From positions 3,968,001 through 4,032,000 of the forward strand of contig OZ253470.1 in NCBI GenBank assembly GCA_965261735.1: DNA of 64,000 nt, in the 5' to 3' direction. Made by a program: the position numbers and the translations under genes. Below the pieces are notes generated by a model. That model had not been told where the DNA came from. It made no database searches and saw only the letters and a list, made by a program, of their open reading frames with translations. This DNA is from Alphaproteobacteria bacterium. Its GTDB lineage: Bacteria; Pseudomonadota; Alphaproteobacteria; SHVV01. This document shows positions 38,768 through 46,967 of the stretch, one piece after another. Numbering within the stretch: position 1 is the stretch's first letter; each line of letters starts with the position of its first letter.

Positions 38768-39157
38768 CCTAGAATGCATACACGACCCCGTCAGATGCAG
38801 CACTCAATATCCATTGTGTCCGCTATGGGTCTTGGTCGTGTAAGAACGCCGACGTAGGCCGATGTCGACTAAGCTCAGTCGACATCGGCGAGTGAGGCGG
38901 CATTCACTGTCATCGAGGCTATGTGGTGCTTTCTGCCACCGACATTGCGGGCCGGCAGGTCGATGGCGCCTGGGACCCCTCGAGCTTCACAGTGACTCCC
39001 AAGGCGGTACCGGAGCCCACCTCCCTCATCTTGGTCGGTGCTGACCTGGCTGGATTGGCATTCCCAAGGCGCCGCAAGCGAACGGCGTAACCCGATTCGG
39101 TGCGGGACCATCAGCACAGCTTTCACCCACCCCAACCAGCGCCGGACCTACGCTCCG

Positions 39158-39319
39158 AATGTCTCCTGTGGGTCACAAGCGGCCATTCACCGAGGGCGCC
39201 TGGCACGTCTGGATTCTGTAAGTGAAGCGGAAGTCGGCGTTGGAGAGTCGGTAGTTGAGAGTGGACCGGACGTGCCGCGGGGATGTCCGTTGCGTGCGCC
39301 ACTAGCCAAAAGCGGACGC
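39158..39319. repeat. Cluster of about four degenerate GTCCGC..GCGGAC hairpin repeats
   Basis: AATGTCTCCTGTGGGTCACAAGCGGCCATT; ...TGAAGCGGAAGT; ...GACCGGACGT; ...TAGCCAAAAGCGGACG. Confidence 0.65.
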
Positions 39320-39433
39320 TATCGAATGTCGGTAAAATCCGTTTTACCCGTATAGCCGAACAATCTTAGTTCCTCTCGGTAAGCAAATAAGCTAACTTGG
39401 TGACAAGCGTCCGAATTCGAGAATGGTGACTGT

Positions 39434-40114
39434 ATGCAGATTGTATTCGCCTTCTTGGTTTTGGGTTTGATATTATTTCACCCAGCCAAAGCCGACACGA
39501 TCAGAATTTCGTCTCCGGAATTCCCGGAAGCTGAGGCAATCGCTCGTCTCTTGAAAGAAGTTTACGGCAAGATTGGGCATGATATTGTGCTTGTCTACCG
39601 GCCTGCAAAACGAAGTCTTTTTGAGGTCAATTCTGGGCTCTCCGATGCAGAGCTGGTTCGAGTAACTGGGGCTGTAACCGAGTATCCAAATCTTGTTCGG
39701 GTAAAGGAGCCCGTTATTGCGCTCAGTTTCTCCGCCATCGTCAATGCAAAATCAAAACTTAGGTTGAGCTCATGGGAGGAACTGGAAAAATATCATATCG
39801 TTTATCCCCGTGGGTACAGACATCCTGGATGTCAGAACGCGGGGAATGAGTGCTGTAAAAGCAACAACGTTTCCGCGGTCGCAAGATTGGTAAAAGGCGG
39901 CAGGGTCGATGTCGGAATATTGATTACATCGGACGCATTCAGGCTGTCATCGGAAATTGGCGGTATCGTTGTATTGGAGCCGCCATTGGAAGTTGTGACG
40001 CTCTACCACTTTCTGAATGTTAAGCATCGACGGCTCGTTCCCTCTCTTGAAGAGATACTTATCGAGATGAACGACAGCGGTCGAAGCAAAGAGATTATTT
40101 CCGGGCGAGATTAA
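39434..40114 (+). CDS. Periplasmic substrate-binding-like protein (AT-richer cargo)
   Basis: Signal peptide; P.KRSL..VN.G..DAEL.R, YPNL.RV.EP, GRVD, LYHFLNVKHR.LVP. Confidence 0.75.
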   Translation: MQIVFAFLVLGLILFHPAKADTIRISSPEFPEAEAIARLLKEVYGKIGHDIVLVYRPAKRSLFEVNSGLSDAELVRVTGAVTEYPNLVRVKEPVIALSFSAIVNAKSKLRLSSWEELEKYHIVYPRGYRHPGCQNAGNECCKSNNVSAVARLVKGGRVDVGILITSDAFRLSSEIGGIVVLEPPLEVVTLYHFLNVKHRRLVPSLEEILIEMNDSGRSKEIISGRD

Positions 40115-40122
40115 CGGCACAC

Positions 40123-40150
40123 ATGGCCGCTATGGGCCAAGAGCGGACAT
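40123..40150. repeat. GTCCGC..GCGGAC-type hairpin repeat
   Basis: ATGGCCGCTATGGGCCAAGAGCGGACAT, 8 bp after the cargo stop codon. Confidence 0.8.
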
Positions 40151-40169
40151 CGGCGCATTGGCTCTCTCT

Positions 40170-41249
40170 TCATGAGTACGCCGCTCTAGCCGGCGTTCGC
40201 GCCAGCTCGGGCAGCGTGTAAACCTCGGTTGGGGCGGCGATGCCGCGTAGGCGGTGGCTCCCGAGATGCACGAGATCGCTGCCCGATGCCGCGGCGAAAG
40301 CGCCGGAGGCGACCACCGGATAGCGCAGCGTCTTGCATAGCCGTTCGAGGCGCGTCGCCACGTTGACCGCCGGCCCGATGACGGTGAAGTCGAGCCGGTC
40401 CGGGGAGCCGATGTTGCCGTACATGACGTCGCCGACATGGAGCGCGACGCCGAACCTGAACGTCGGCAGGCATGCTTTGCGCCGCTCCACGTTGAGCTGG
40501 CGCGTACTCGTCACCGCCGACCGCGTGGCGTTGACCGCGGCCCGGCAGGCCGGCGCGGAATCGCCGGGGGCGATCGGGAAGATGGCGAGCAGGCCGTCGC
40601 CGATGAATTTCAGCACCTCGCCGCCGAAGGCCTTGATCGGCGCCACGAGGCGCTCGAAGTGCACGTTCAGCAGGTTGATCAGGTCGTCGCGCGCGAGCCG
40701 TTCCGACAGCGCCGTGAAGCCGCGCAGATCGGAAACCCAGATCGCGGCATGTATGGTTTCGCCATCGCCGCGCTTGACCAGCCCCGCCAACACCTGGGCC
40801 CCGCTGCGCTTGCCGAGATAGGTCTCGAGGAGGGTCGTCGCGACGTGGCGCTGCACGACAACCTCGAGCTGGCTCGCGAGCAGCTGCGCGAGGAAGCGCA
40901 GCTCGGCCCGGTCGGCGTCCGAGAAGCCGCCCGCCCGGGCGCTGGCGAAGGTCACGGCGTGGTGCGAGCCGTCGCTGAACTGGAGCAGTAGAGCGATCTG
41001 ATCGGTTGCGCCAAGCGCGCCGGCCTCGCGCACATCATCGGACTCATCGTCGGCACCGCCGCCGTAGCGCGACCCCGAGAACAGGGGATGCAGCTCCTCG
41101 ACGGCGAGCGAGGCGTGCGCGAGCGCCATCCCCGCCTCGCTCAGGCGCGCTGCCAGGCCGGTCAATAGCGATGCCGGGCTCGGCTCGCTCGCGCCATGTG
41201 CGATAAGCCATTGCGCCGCCGGCCCGACTTGCGGGAAATCCTGGTTCAC
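40170..41249 (-). CDS. Class III adenylate/guanylate cyclase
   Basis: SDLRGFT, KFIGDG, LHVGDVMYGNIGS..RLDFTVIGPAVN..RLE. Confidence 0.9.
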   Translation of the reverse strand: MNQDFPQVGPAAQWLIAHGASEPSPASLLTGLAARLSEAGMALAHASLAVEELHPLFSGSRYGGGADDESDDVREAGALGATDQIALLLQFSDGSHHAVTFASARAGGFSDADRAELRFLAQLLASQLEVVVQRHVATTLLETYLGKRSGAQVLAGLVKRGDGETIHAAIWVSDLRGFTALSERLARDDLINLLNVHFERLVAPIKAFGGEVLKFIGDGLLAIFPIAPGDSAPACRAAVNATRSAVTSTRQLNVERRKACLPTFRFGVALHVGDVMYGNIGSPDRLDFTVIGPAVNVATRLERLCKTLRYPVVASGAFAAASGSDLVHLGSHRLRGIAAPTEVYTLPELARTPARAAYS

Positions 41250-41320
41250 GACCGCCCCATCCGCCTTCCTGCGCCACTATAGCGTGGCCGAGCGTACGCG
41301 ACCCCGCGGGCTCCTCTTTT

Positions 41321-41355
41321 GTAAGTTGACACTTACGTAAGACTATGCTTACGTT
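41321..41355 (+). promoter_or_regulatory. Tandem palindromic operator overlapping the promoter of the ArsR-SRPBCC pair
   Basis: GTAAG-N6-CTTAC twice (41321-41336, 41337-41352), containing TTGACA; possible -10 TACGTT just before the ATG. Confidence 0.7.
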
Positions 41356-41361
41356 GAGGTC

Positions 41362-41685
41362 ATGGATGACGGCCTGCGCGCCATCGCCGATTCGACGCGA
41401 CGGAGAATTCTGCACCTGGTGTGGAACCGGGAGATGATGGCCGGCGACATAGCGGCCCGGTTCGACGTGAGCCGGCCAGCGATCTCGCAGCATCTTCGGG
41501 TACTGCTCGACGCCGGGCTCGTGGTCGCGCGCCAGGACGGGACGCGCCGCTTCTATCGCGCCGATTCGGACTCGATCGCGGCGTTGCGCACCTTCCTCAC
41601 GGAGTTTTGGGATCAGAGCCTGGCACGGCTCAAGGTGGAAGCGGAGAAGGAGCAAAGGAGGTACGACCAAGATGACACAGGCTGA
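41362..41685 (+). CDS. ArsR/SmtB-family regulator
   Basis: AIAD.TRRRIL, VSRPAISQHLRVL..AGLV..G.RRFY. Confidence 0.9.
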   Translation: MDDGLRAIADSTRRRILHLVWNREMMAGDIAARFDVSRPAISQHLRVLLDAGLVVARQDGTRRFYRADSDSIAALRTFLTEFWDQSLARLKVEAEKEQRRYDQDDTG

Positions 41686-42136
41686 CGAGGCAAGCGTCAT
41701 TCGACGCGAAATATACATTGAGGCGGCACCGGATACGGTGTTCGCGTTCTTCATCGACTCCGACAAGATGACGCGCTGGATGGGCGTGTCGGCAACGCTG
41801 GAGCCGAAGGAGGGCGGGCTGTTCCTCGTCGACGTGACGAACGGGAACGTCGCCAAGGGCGAATATCGCGAGGTGTTGCCCAACTACCGCATCGCCTACA
41901 GCTGGGGCTGGGATGCGGCGGACTCCGGCGTGCCGCCGGGATCTTCGCTGGTCGAGATCGACCTCGAGCCCAAGGCGCCGGGCACGATGCTGAAGCTGAC
42001 CCACAGCGGCCTGCCCGAGCCCGCGATCCCGCCGCACGCCGAGGGCTGGGACCACTACTGCGAAAGGCTGAAAACCGTAGCGTCTGGCGGCGACGCCGGC
42101 ACCGATTCCTGGATCAAGGCCGCCGAGACCGGCTAG
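41672..42136 (+). CDS. SRPBCC / AHSA1 domain protein
   Basis: I.AAPD.VF.FF.D, G.YREV.P..RI.YSWGW, HAEGW. Confidence 0.88.
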   Translation: MTQADEASVIRREIYIEAAPDTVFAFFIDSDKMTRWMGVSATLEPKEGGLFLVDVTNGNVAKGEYREVLPNYRIAYSWGWDAADSGVPPGSSLVEIDLEPKAPGTMLKLTHSGLPEPAIPPHAEGWDHYCERLKTVASGGDAGTDSWIKAAETG

Positions 42137-42275
42137 CGGCCCGCGACTCGCCCGCCGGGCCCGGCTCCATTATGTAGCCGGGTCTCGGTGGGGCGGGCTC
42201 GCGCTTCTCACGGAGCGGTCGATTTTCCCGCGACGGAAGGTACAATGCCTCCCGGCCACACGCACGGGAGGACGC

Positions 42276-42644
42276 ATGTTCTATCATCTGATCCTGGTGC
42301 GCTACGCGGAGGGGGCGGACGGCGCCTTCCATCAGCGCATTCACGACTACTGCGACGAAATCGCCGCGAACCTGCCGGGCGTGCGCAGCTACTCGTACGG
42401 CGCCGATCTGGTTCCTGGCCCGTTCACGCATGGGATCGTGGGCGTCTACGATTCGCTCGAGGACTACAACGCGTATTGGCGCACCAAGCTCCACGACGAC
42501 CTCAAGGCCTACATGATACAACACGTCGCCGAGACGTTGATCCATGACTTCGACACCACCCTGCGCCCCGTTGGGGCGGCCGAGACCGATAACCGTCACG
42601 AGGCGGTTGCGGCCGGGCTCGTCGACATGCGCGGCGTCGTCTGA
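42276..42644 (+). CDS. Dabb (stress-responsive alpha/beta barrel)-like protein
   Basis: H.ILVRY, LPGV.SY.YG.D, FTHG...YDS.ED...Y...LH, HDF. Confidence 0.7.
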   Translation: MFYHLILVRYAEGADGAFHQRIHDYCDEIAANLPGVRSYSYGADLVPGPFTHGIVGVYDSLEDYNAYWRTKLHDDLKAYMIQHVAETLIHDFDTTLRPVGAAETDNRHEAVAAGLVDMRGVV

Positions 42645-42677
42645 GGCGCGGGCGGTCCAAACAGCGAGGGAAGACCC

Positions 42678-43772
42678 ATGGAGGCGAGCTTCGCGAATGT
42701 GATTTCGGCCGACTCTCACGTCATGGAGCCGCCCGACATGTGGGAGAAGGCCCTGGGTGCGAAGTTCGGCGATCGCACGCCGCGCATCATCGACGAGTAC
42801 AAGGGCAAGAAGGGCCGCTACTTCTTGACCGGCAACCAGGTGCGCAAGCTCGGCGAAATCGAGGCCGAGCAGGACACGCTCGGCTTTCGCGAGGCGGGCT
42901 ATCTGCCCGAGAAGCGGGTTGCGTTCCAAGAGGAGGCGGGCGTGGCCTGCGAGCTCCTCTACACCACCAACATGCTGCTGCAGTACTCGACCAAGAACCC
43001 CGACGTGCTGCGCGCGGCCGCCGCGGTCTTCAACGACTGGCTCGCGGAATTCGCATCCTACGCGCCCGGGCGCCTGCGCGGCATCGCGGTCCTCCCGACA
43101 CACGACGTGGACTGGGCCATCGCCGAGATCGAGCGCGTCTCCAAGAAGGGGCTCAAGGGAGCGATGATCAACCTCGGCGGCCCCGAGGGCTGCCCCCCCT
43201 ACCGCGACGCCGTGTACGACCCGCTGTGGGCGCGCGCCCAAGCCATGGGGATTCCGCTGACGCTCCACACCGACACTGGGCGCATCCCCGATCCGTTACA
43301 TTTCGATACGCCGGCCGAGTTCGCGGTGGCCGCCAGCACCATGCTCGGCCTGATGAGCGAAATCATGCCGGTGCTCGCCGACGACTTCATCTTCGGCGGC
43401 ATCCTCGACCGCTTTCCCGAGCTCAAGATCGTGTGCAGCGAGTTCGATATCGCCTGGCTGCCGAACTTCATGTGGCGCATCGACCAGATGCAGAACGACA
43501 TGGGGCCGCGGTTGCGCCTGCCGAAGGTGGCCCTGCGCGCCAGCGACTACATGCGAACCCGCGTCTGGCACGGCGTCATCAACGACCCTCACTCGGCCTA
43601 CGTCATACCCCAGGTCGGCGCGAGTCAGGTGCTGTGGGGCTCCGACTTCCCGCATGTGCGCTCCATCGGCCTCGATGCCCAAGGGGCCGTGGCGCGGCTG
43701 CTCGACGGCTTGCCGCCCGAGGACCAGACCCGCGTGGTCGGCGGCAACGCCACCGCGGTCTACGGGCTCTAG
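42678..43772 (+). CDS. Amidohydrolase family protein (amidohydro_2)
   Basis: ISADSHVMEP, FNDWLAE, YDPLWA, LH, LDRFP.LK, WGSDFPH. Confidence 0.9.
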   Translation: MEASFANVISADSHVMEPPDMWEKALGAKFGDRTPRIIDEYKGKKGRYFLTGNQVRKLGEIEAEQDTLGFREAGYLPEKRVAFQEEAGVACELLYTTNMLLQYSTKNPDVLRAAAAVFNDWLAEFASYAPGRLRGIAVLPTHDVDWAIAEIERVSKKGLKGAMINLGGPEGCPPYRDAVYDPLWARAQAMGIPLTLHTDTGRIPDPLHFDTPAEFAVAASTMLGLMSEIMPVLADDFIFGGILDRFPELKIVCSEFDIAWLPNFMWRIDQMQNDMGPRLRLPKVALRASDYMRTRVWHGVINDPHSAYVIPQVGASQVLWGSDFPHVRSIGLDAQGAVARLLDGLPPEDQTRVVGGNATAVYGL

Positions 43773-43787
43773 CTCACGAGGAAGGCC

Positions 43788-44483
43788 ATGAGCGCAACCT
43801 ACATTGATGAGTTCACCCAACCCGTCGCTCTCAATCCGCGGACGACGGCGCTTCTCGTCGTCGACATGCAGTACGCCAGCGGTAGCCGCAATCACGGGCT
43901 CGGCGCGCGGCTCGCCCGCGAGGGACGGCTCGAAGAGGCGGCGTATAGGTTCGACCGAATCGAGCAGCTGTTGATCCCCAACATTCAGCGACTGTTGACG
44001 GCTTTCCGCGGGCTCGGCGCACCGGTGATCTACTTCACGGTGGGGGCGACGCTCCCCGACTACAGCGATGCGCCGGCGCGCCAGAGGCCCTTCTTCGAGG
44101 CGACAAACAACACGGCCGGCAATCGCGAGCACGAGATCGTCGAGGCGCTCGCGCCGCGGGCCGGCGAGCCGGTGCTCAACAAGGTGACGATGGGCGCCTT
44201 CGGCTCGACCGGGATCGATGCGCTGCTGAAAGCGAAGGGGATTTCCGAGGTCGTCGCGACCGGCGTCTCGACCAACAACTGCGTCGGCATGACCGTGATG
44301 GAAGCCGCGGATCGCGGCTACGGCGCGGTCCTCGTGTCCGACGCCACCGGGACCTGCAGCGACGAGATGCAGGAGGTGACGCTGCAGAGCTTCCGCCGGC
44401 TGTGGGGCCGGGTGATGACGACCGACGACGTCATCGCCGAGCTCGGGGCCGGCACGCCCGCGCTCCGGGCTCAGGCCGGTTGA
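43788..44483 (+). CDS. Isochorismatase-family cysteine hydrolase
   Basis: ALLVVDMQ, K..GAF.ST, GVSTNNCV..T...AADRGY. Confidence 0.9.
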   Translation: MSATYIDEFTQPVALNPRTTALLVVDMQYASGSRNHGLGARLAREGRLEEAAYRFDRIEQLLIPNIQRLLTAFRGLGAPVIYFTVGATLPDYSDAPARQRPFFEATNNTAGNREHEIVEALAPRAGEPVLNKVTMGAFGSTGIDALLKAKGISEVVATGVSTNNCVGMTVMEAADRGYGAVLVSDATGTCSDEMQEVTLQSFRRLWGRVMTTDDVIAELGAGTPALRAQAG

Positions 44484-44490
44484 GGCAGGC

Positions 44491-45336
44491 ATGGGGGTTT
44501 CGCCGACCAAGCTGACGGCCACGTTCGGTGCCGAGTTGGCCGGCCTCGACCTGCGCCACCCCGACGATGAGATGCTGTCGGCGGTGCGCGAGGCCTGGCT
44601 GAAACACGGCATCCTCGTGTTCCACGATCAGCAGCTCTCGGACGACGACATAGTGTCCTTCAGCCGCGCCTTCGGCGATCTCGAGATTCACGTCCGCCGC
44701 GAGTATCTGCTCCCCGAGCACCCCGAGATTCTGCTGGTCTCGAACATCGTGCGCGACGGCAAACCCATCGGCATCCTGTCGGACAACGACGTCGGCTGGC
44801 ACTACGACCAGATCTACCTGCCGCGACCCGCGGTCGGCTCGTTCCTCTATGCCGCCCAGGTTCCGCCCGAGGGCGGCTGCACCTACTTCGCCGACATGGC
44901 GGCGGCCTTCGAGGCGCTACCGGACGCGCTCAAACAGCGCATCGAGGGGCGCACCGCGATCCAATCCTACGAGGCCTTCAACCGCGCTTATAGCGTGCCG
45001 ACCAACGAGGAGCAGAAGAAGCGCACGACCGACATCGAGCAGCCGATCGTGCGCACCCATCCGCTCACGGGTCGCCGCGCGCTCTATATCTGCCCCGGCA
45101 TGACGATAGGGATCGTCGGGCTCGCCGAGGATGAAAGCGCAGACGTGCTTGAGGGGCTGTTCGAGTGGTCGGTGCGGCCGGAGTTCGTCTACCGCCATGA
45201 GTGGCGGGCGGGCGACGGCATCCTGTGGGACAACGCCTGCACGATGCACCGCCGCGATCCCTTCGACGGCACCCACGAGCGACTCATGAAGCGCACGACC
45301 ATCCTGCCGCCCGCTCACCTCGCGGTACCGTTCTGA
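44491..45336 (+). CDS. TauD/TfdA-family Fe(II)/2-oxoglutarate dioxygenase
   Basis: WHYD, GG.TYFADM, P.VRTHP.TGR, WDN..T.HR, R.M.R. Confidence 0.92.
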   Translation: MGVSPTKLTATFGAELAGLDLRHPDDEMLSAVREAWLKHGILVFHDQQLSDDDIVSFSRAFGDLEIHVRREYLLPEHPEILLVSNIVRDGKPIGILSDNDVGWHYDQIYLPRPAVGSFLYAAQVPPEGGCTYFADMAAAFEALPDALKQRIEGRTAIQSYEAFNRAYSVPTNEEQKKRTTDIEQPIVRTHPLTGRRALYICPGMTIGIVGLAEDESADVLEGLFEWSVRPEFVYRHEWRAGDGILWDNACTMHRRDPFDGTHERLMKRTTILPPAHLAVPF

Positions 45337-45346
45337 GATTGGTGCG

Positions 45347-46897
45347 CTAGGCCTTGCGCCGGGCCTTGGGTAGGGGGGCCGGTGCGTCCTCGGGCTGGCA
45401 GCCTTCGACGCAGCAGCGGCCGGGTTGGCGCTTGGGCCGGCTGTCGCCCGCTTCGTCCGCGAGGAGGCCACGGTCGAGTAGCCGCTCGACTAGGTCGACG
45501 CGGTCCGCAAACGGGTAGTTGCGGAAGATCTCGCGTCCCATGGCGGCCGGCGAGCCGCCGCCGTGCAGGCTAATCAGGGAGTACCAGCCACCCGTCTCCG
45601 ATGCCGTGAGGTCCTCGATCAGGCGCGCCACCTCGCTGCGCTGGGCGTAGGGGATGTCCTCGCGCCCGCGCAGCACCTCGGCGAGGTTGCCGGCGGTCTC
45701 GGGGTTGTGGTCGTGGGCCGCATCGGGGAGCGCAACGATGAGGCCACCCGAGATTTCGTGCGCGATCCGCTGCATGTCGTAAATCTGGGTCGACAGCAGC
45801 AGCTTGCCGATATTGGCGAAGACGCGTTCGGGCTCGATCGTGCCCGACGGGTCGGCGGCGCCGTAGACCGAGGCGGCGACGCCGCAGGCGAAGAAGCCCT
45901 CGACGATCTTGATTAGCTCGACCATGCGATCGCGCAGGTGCGGTACTTCGGGTAGCGCGAGGCCATTGGCCTCGCTCATCAGCACGCCGGCGCCGATCAG
46001 GAGGTCACCGAAGCCCGCGCGGGCGCCAATGCAGCTGTGGCGGTGATGGGTCGCATAGGCGGTGGTGAGGAAGCGGGCGTGCGCCCACTCGCCGCCGAGG
46101 AAGACGCGCTCCCACGGCACGAACACCTCGTCGAAGACGACGACGCCGACCGATTGGCCGTACTTGGCGCTGAACTTGGCCGCGCCCTCGCCGGGCCGGC
46201 CGGCCGGGCGCGAGATAATGGTGACGCCCGGCGCATCGACGGGCACCGCGCAGCACAGCGCGAAGTCGGCGTCGGCCTCGGTCATGCCACGGCACGGCAT
46301 GACGAGGAACTCGTGCACGTAGGGTGCGGCGGTGACGATCGCCTTGGTGCCCGAGATCACGAGCCCGTCCGGCCGGCGCCGCTTGATATGGACATAAGCA
46401 TCGGCAACGGGTTGCTCGTGGGGGCGCTTCGAGCGGTCACCCTTGGCGTCGGTCATGGCGATACCGCAGGCGAGGTCGTGCTCGTGCACGCGGTCGAGAT
46501 AAGCACCGAACCGTTGGTGGTAGTCGGTGCCGTGCTCGGCATCGATCCGGTGCGTCGCCTGGTGGATCGCGTTGAGCGCGTCCTGGGTGAGATAGCGCTG
46601 GGCGCACCCGGTTTGCTGGCACACGAGCCGGACCGCCTCGAGCTTGCGCATCAGATCGTCGGTGGTCCGGTTGATGTGCAGGAAGCGGTTGGTTTCGCGG
46701 CCCGAGGCGCCGTCGCGCGCGACCATGACGGGGCGGTGCTCCTGTACCCGCGCGTAGTCGTAGGTGACGCCGATGGCGGCGACACCGGGCGCCAGCAGCG
46801 GCTCGTCGGCCACCGAATCGACGCGCTCACCCTTCATCAGGACGTGGGGCGAGTAGGCGCGCAGCGACTCTCGGTAGTCCTGGGCTGACATCAGCAT
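45347..46897 (-). CDS. 4-hydroxybutyryl-CoA dehydratase / HpaB-family flavoprotein
   Basis: YRESLR, AMTDAKGDRSKRP, GLVISGTK, FDEVFVPWERVF, SLHGGGSP. Confidence 0.8.
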   Translation of the reverse strand: MLMSAQDYRESLRAYSPHVLMKGERVDSVADEPLLAPGVAAIGVTYDYARVQEHRPVMVARDGASGRETNRFLHINRTTDDLMRKLEAVRLVCQQTGCAQRYLTQDALNAIHQATHRIDAEHGTDYHQRFGAYLDRVHEHDLACGIAMTDAKGDRSKRPHEQPVADAYVHIKRRRPDGLVISGTKAIVTAAPYVHEFLVMPCRGMTEADADFALCCAVPVDAPGVTIISRPAGRPGEGAAKFSAKYGQSVGVVVFDEVFVPWERVFLGGEWAHARFLTTAYATHHRHSCIGARAGFGDLLIGAGVLMSEANGLALPEVPHLRDRMVELIKIVEGFFACGVAASVYGAADPSGTIEPERVFANIGKLLLSTQIYDMQRIAHEISGGLIVALPDAAHDHNPETAGNLAEVLRGREDIPYAQRSEVARLIEDLTASETGGWYSLISLHGGGSPAAMGREIFRNYPFADRVDLVERLLDRGLLADEAGDSRPKRQPGRCCVEGCQPEDAPAPLPKARRKA

Positions 46898-46967
46898 GGC
46901 AAATCTCCGCTACCCGCAGGCGCCCATTAAACGGGCCGTGCAAGTCCTTGGCAAGGCGTGGCCGGTC

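Larger units (their letters stand above)
37960..40188. mobile_element. Putative non-autonomous cassette island 1 (MITE-like ends, internal hairpin repeats, cargo genes)
   Basis: Left end TAGGGCGTGTCTTCATG, right end reverse complement TAGAGCGGCGTACTCATG; several TCCGC..GCGGA hairpins; AT-richer cargo. Confidence 0.6.

Noticed and set aside
38013-40150. Canonical integron (intI/attC)
   Set aside because: No IntI; the hairpins are ~28 bp and lack the RYYYAAC...GTTRRRY core sites; cargo genes face both directions
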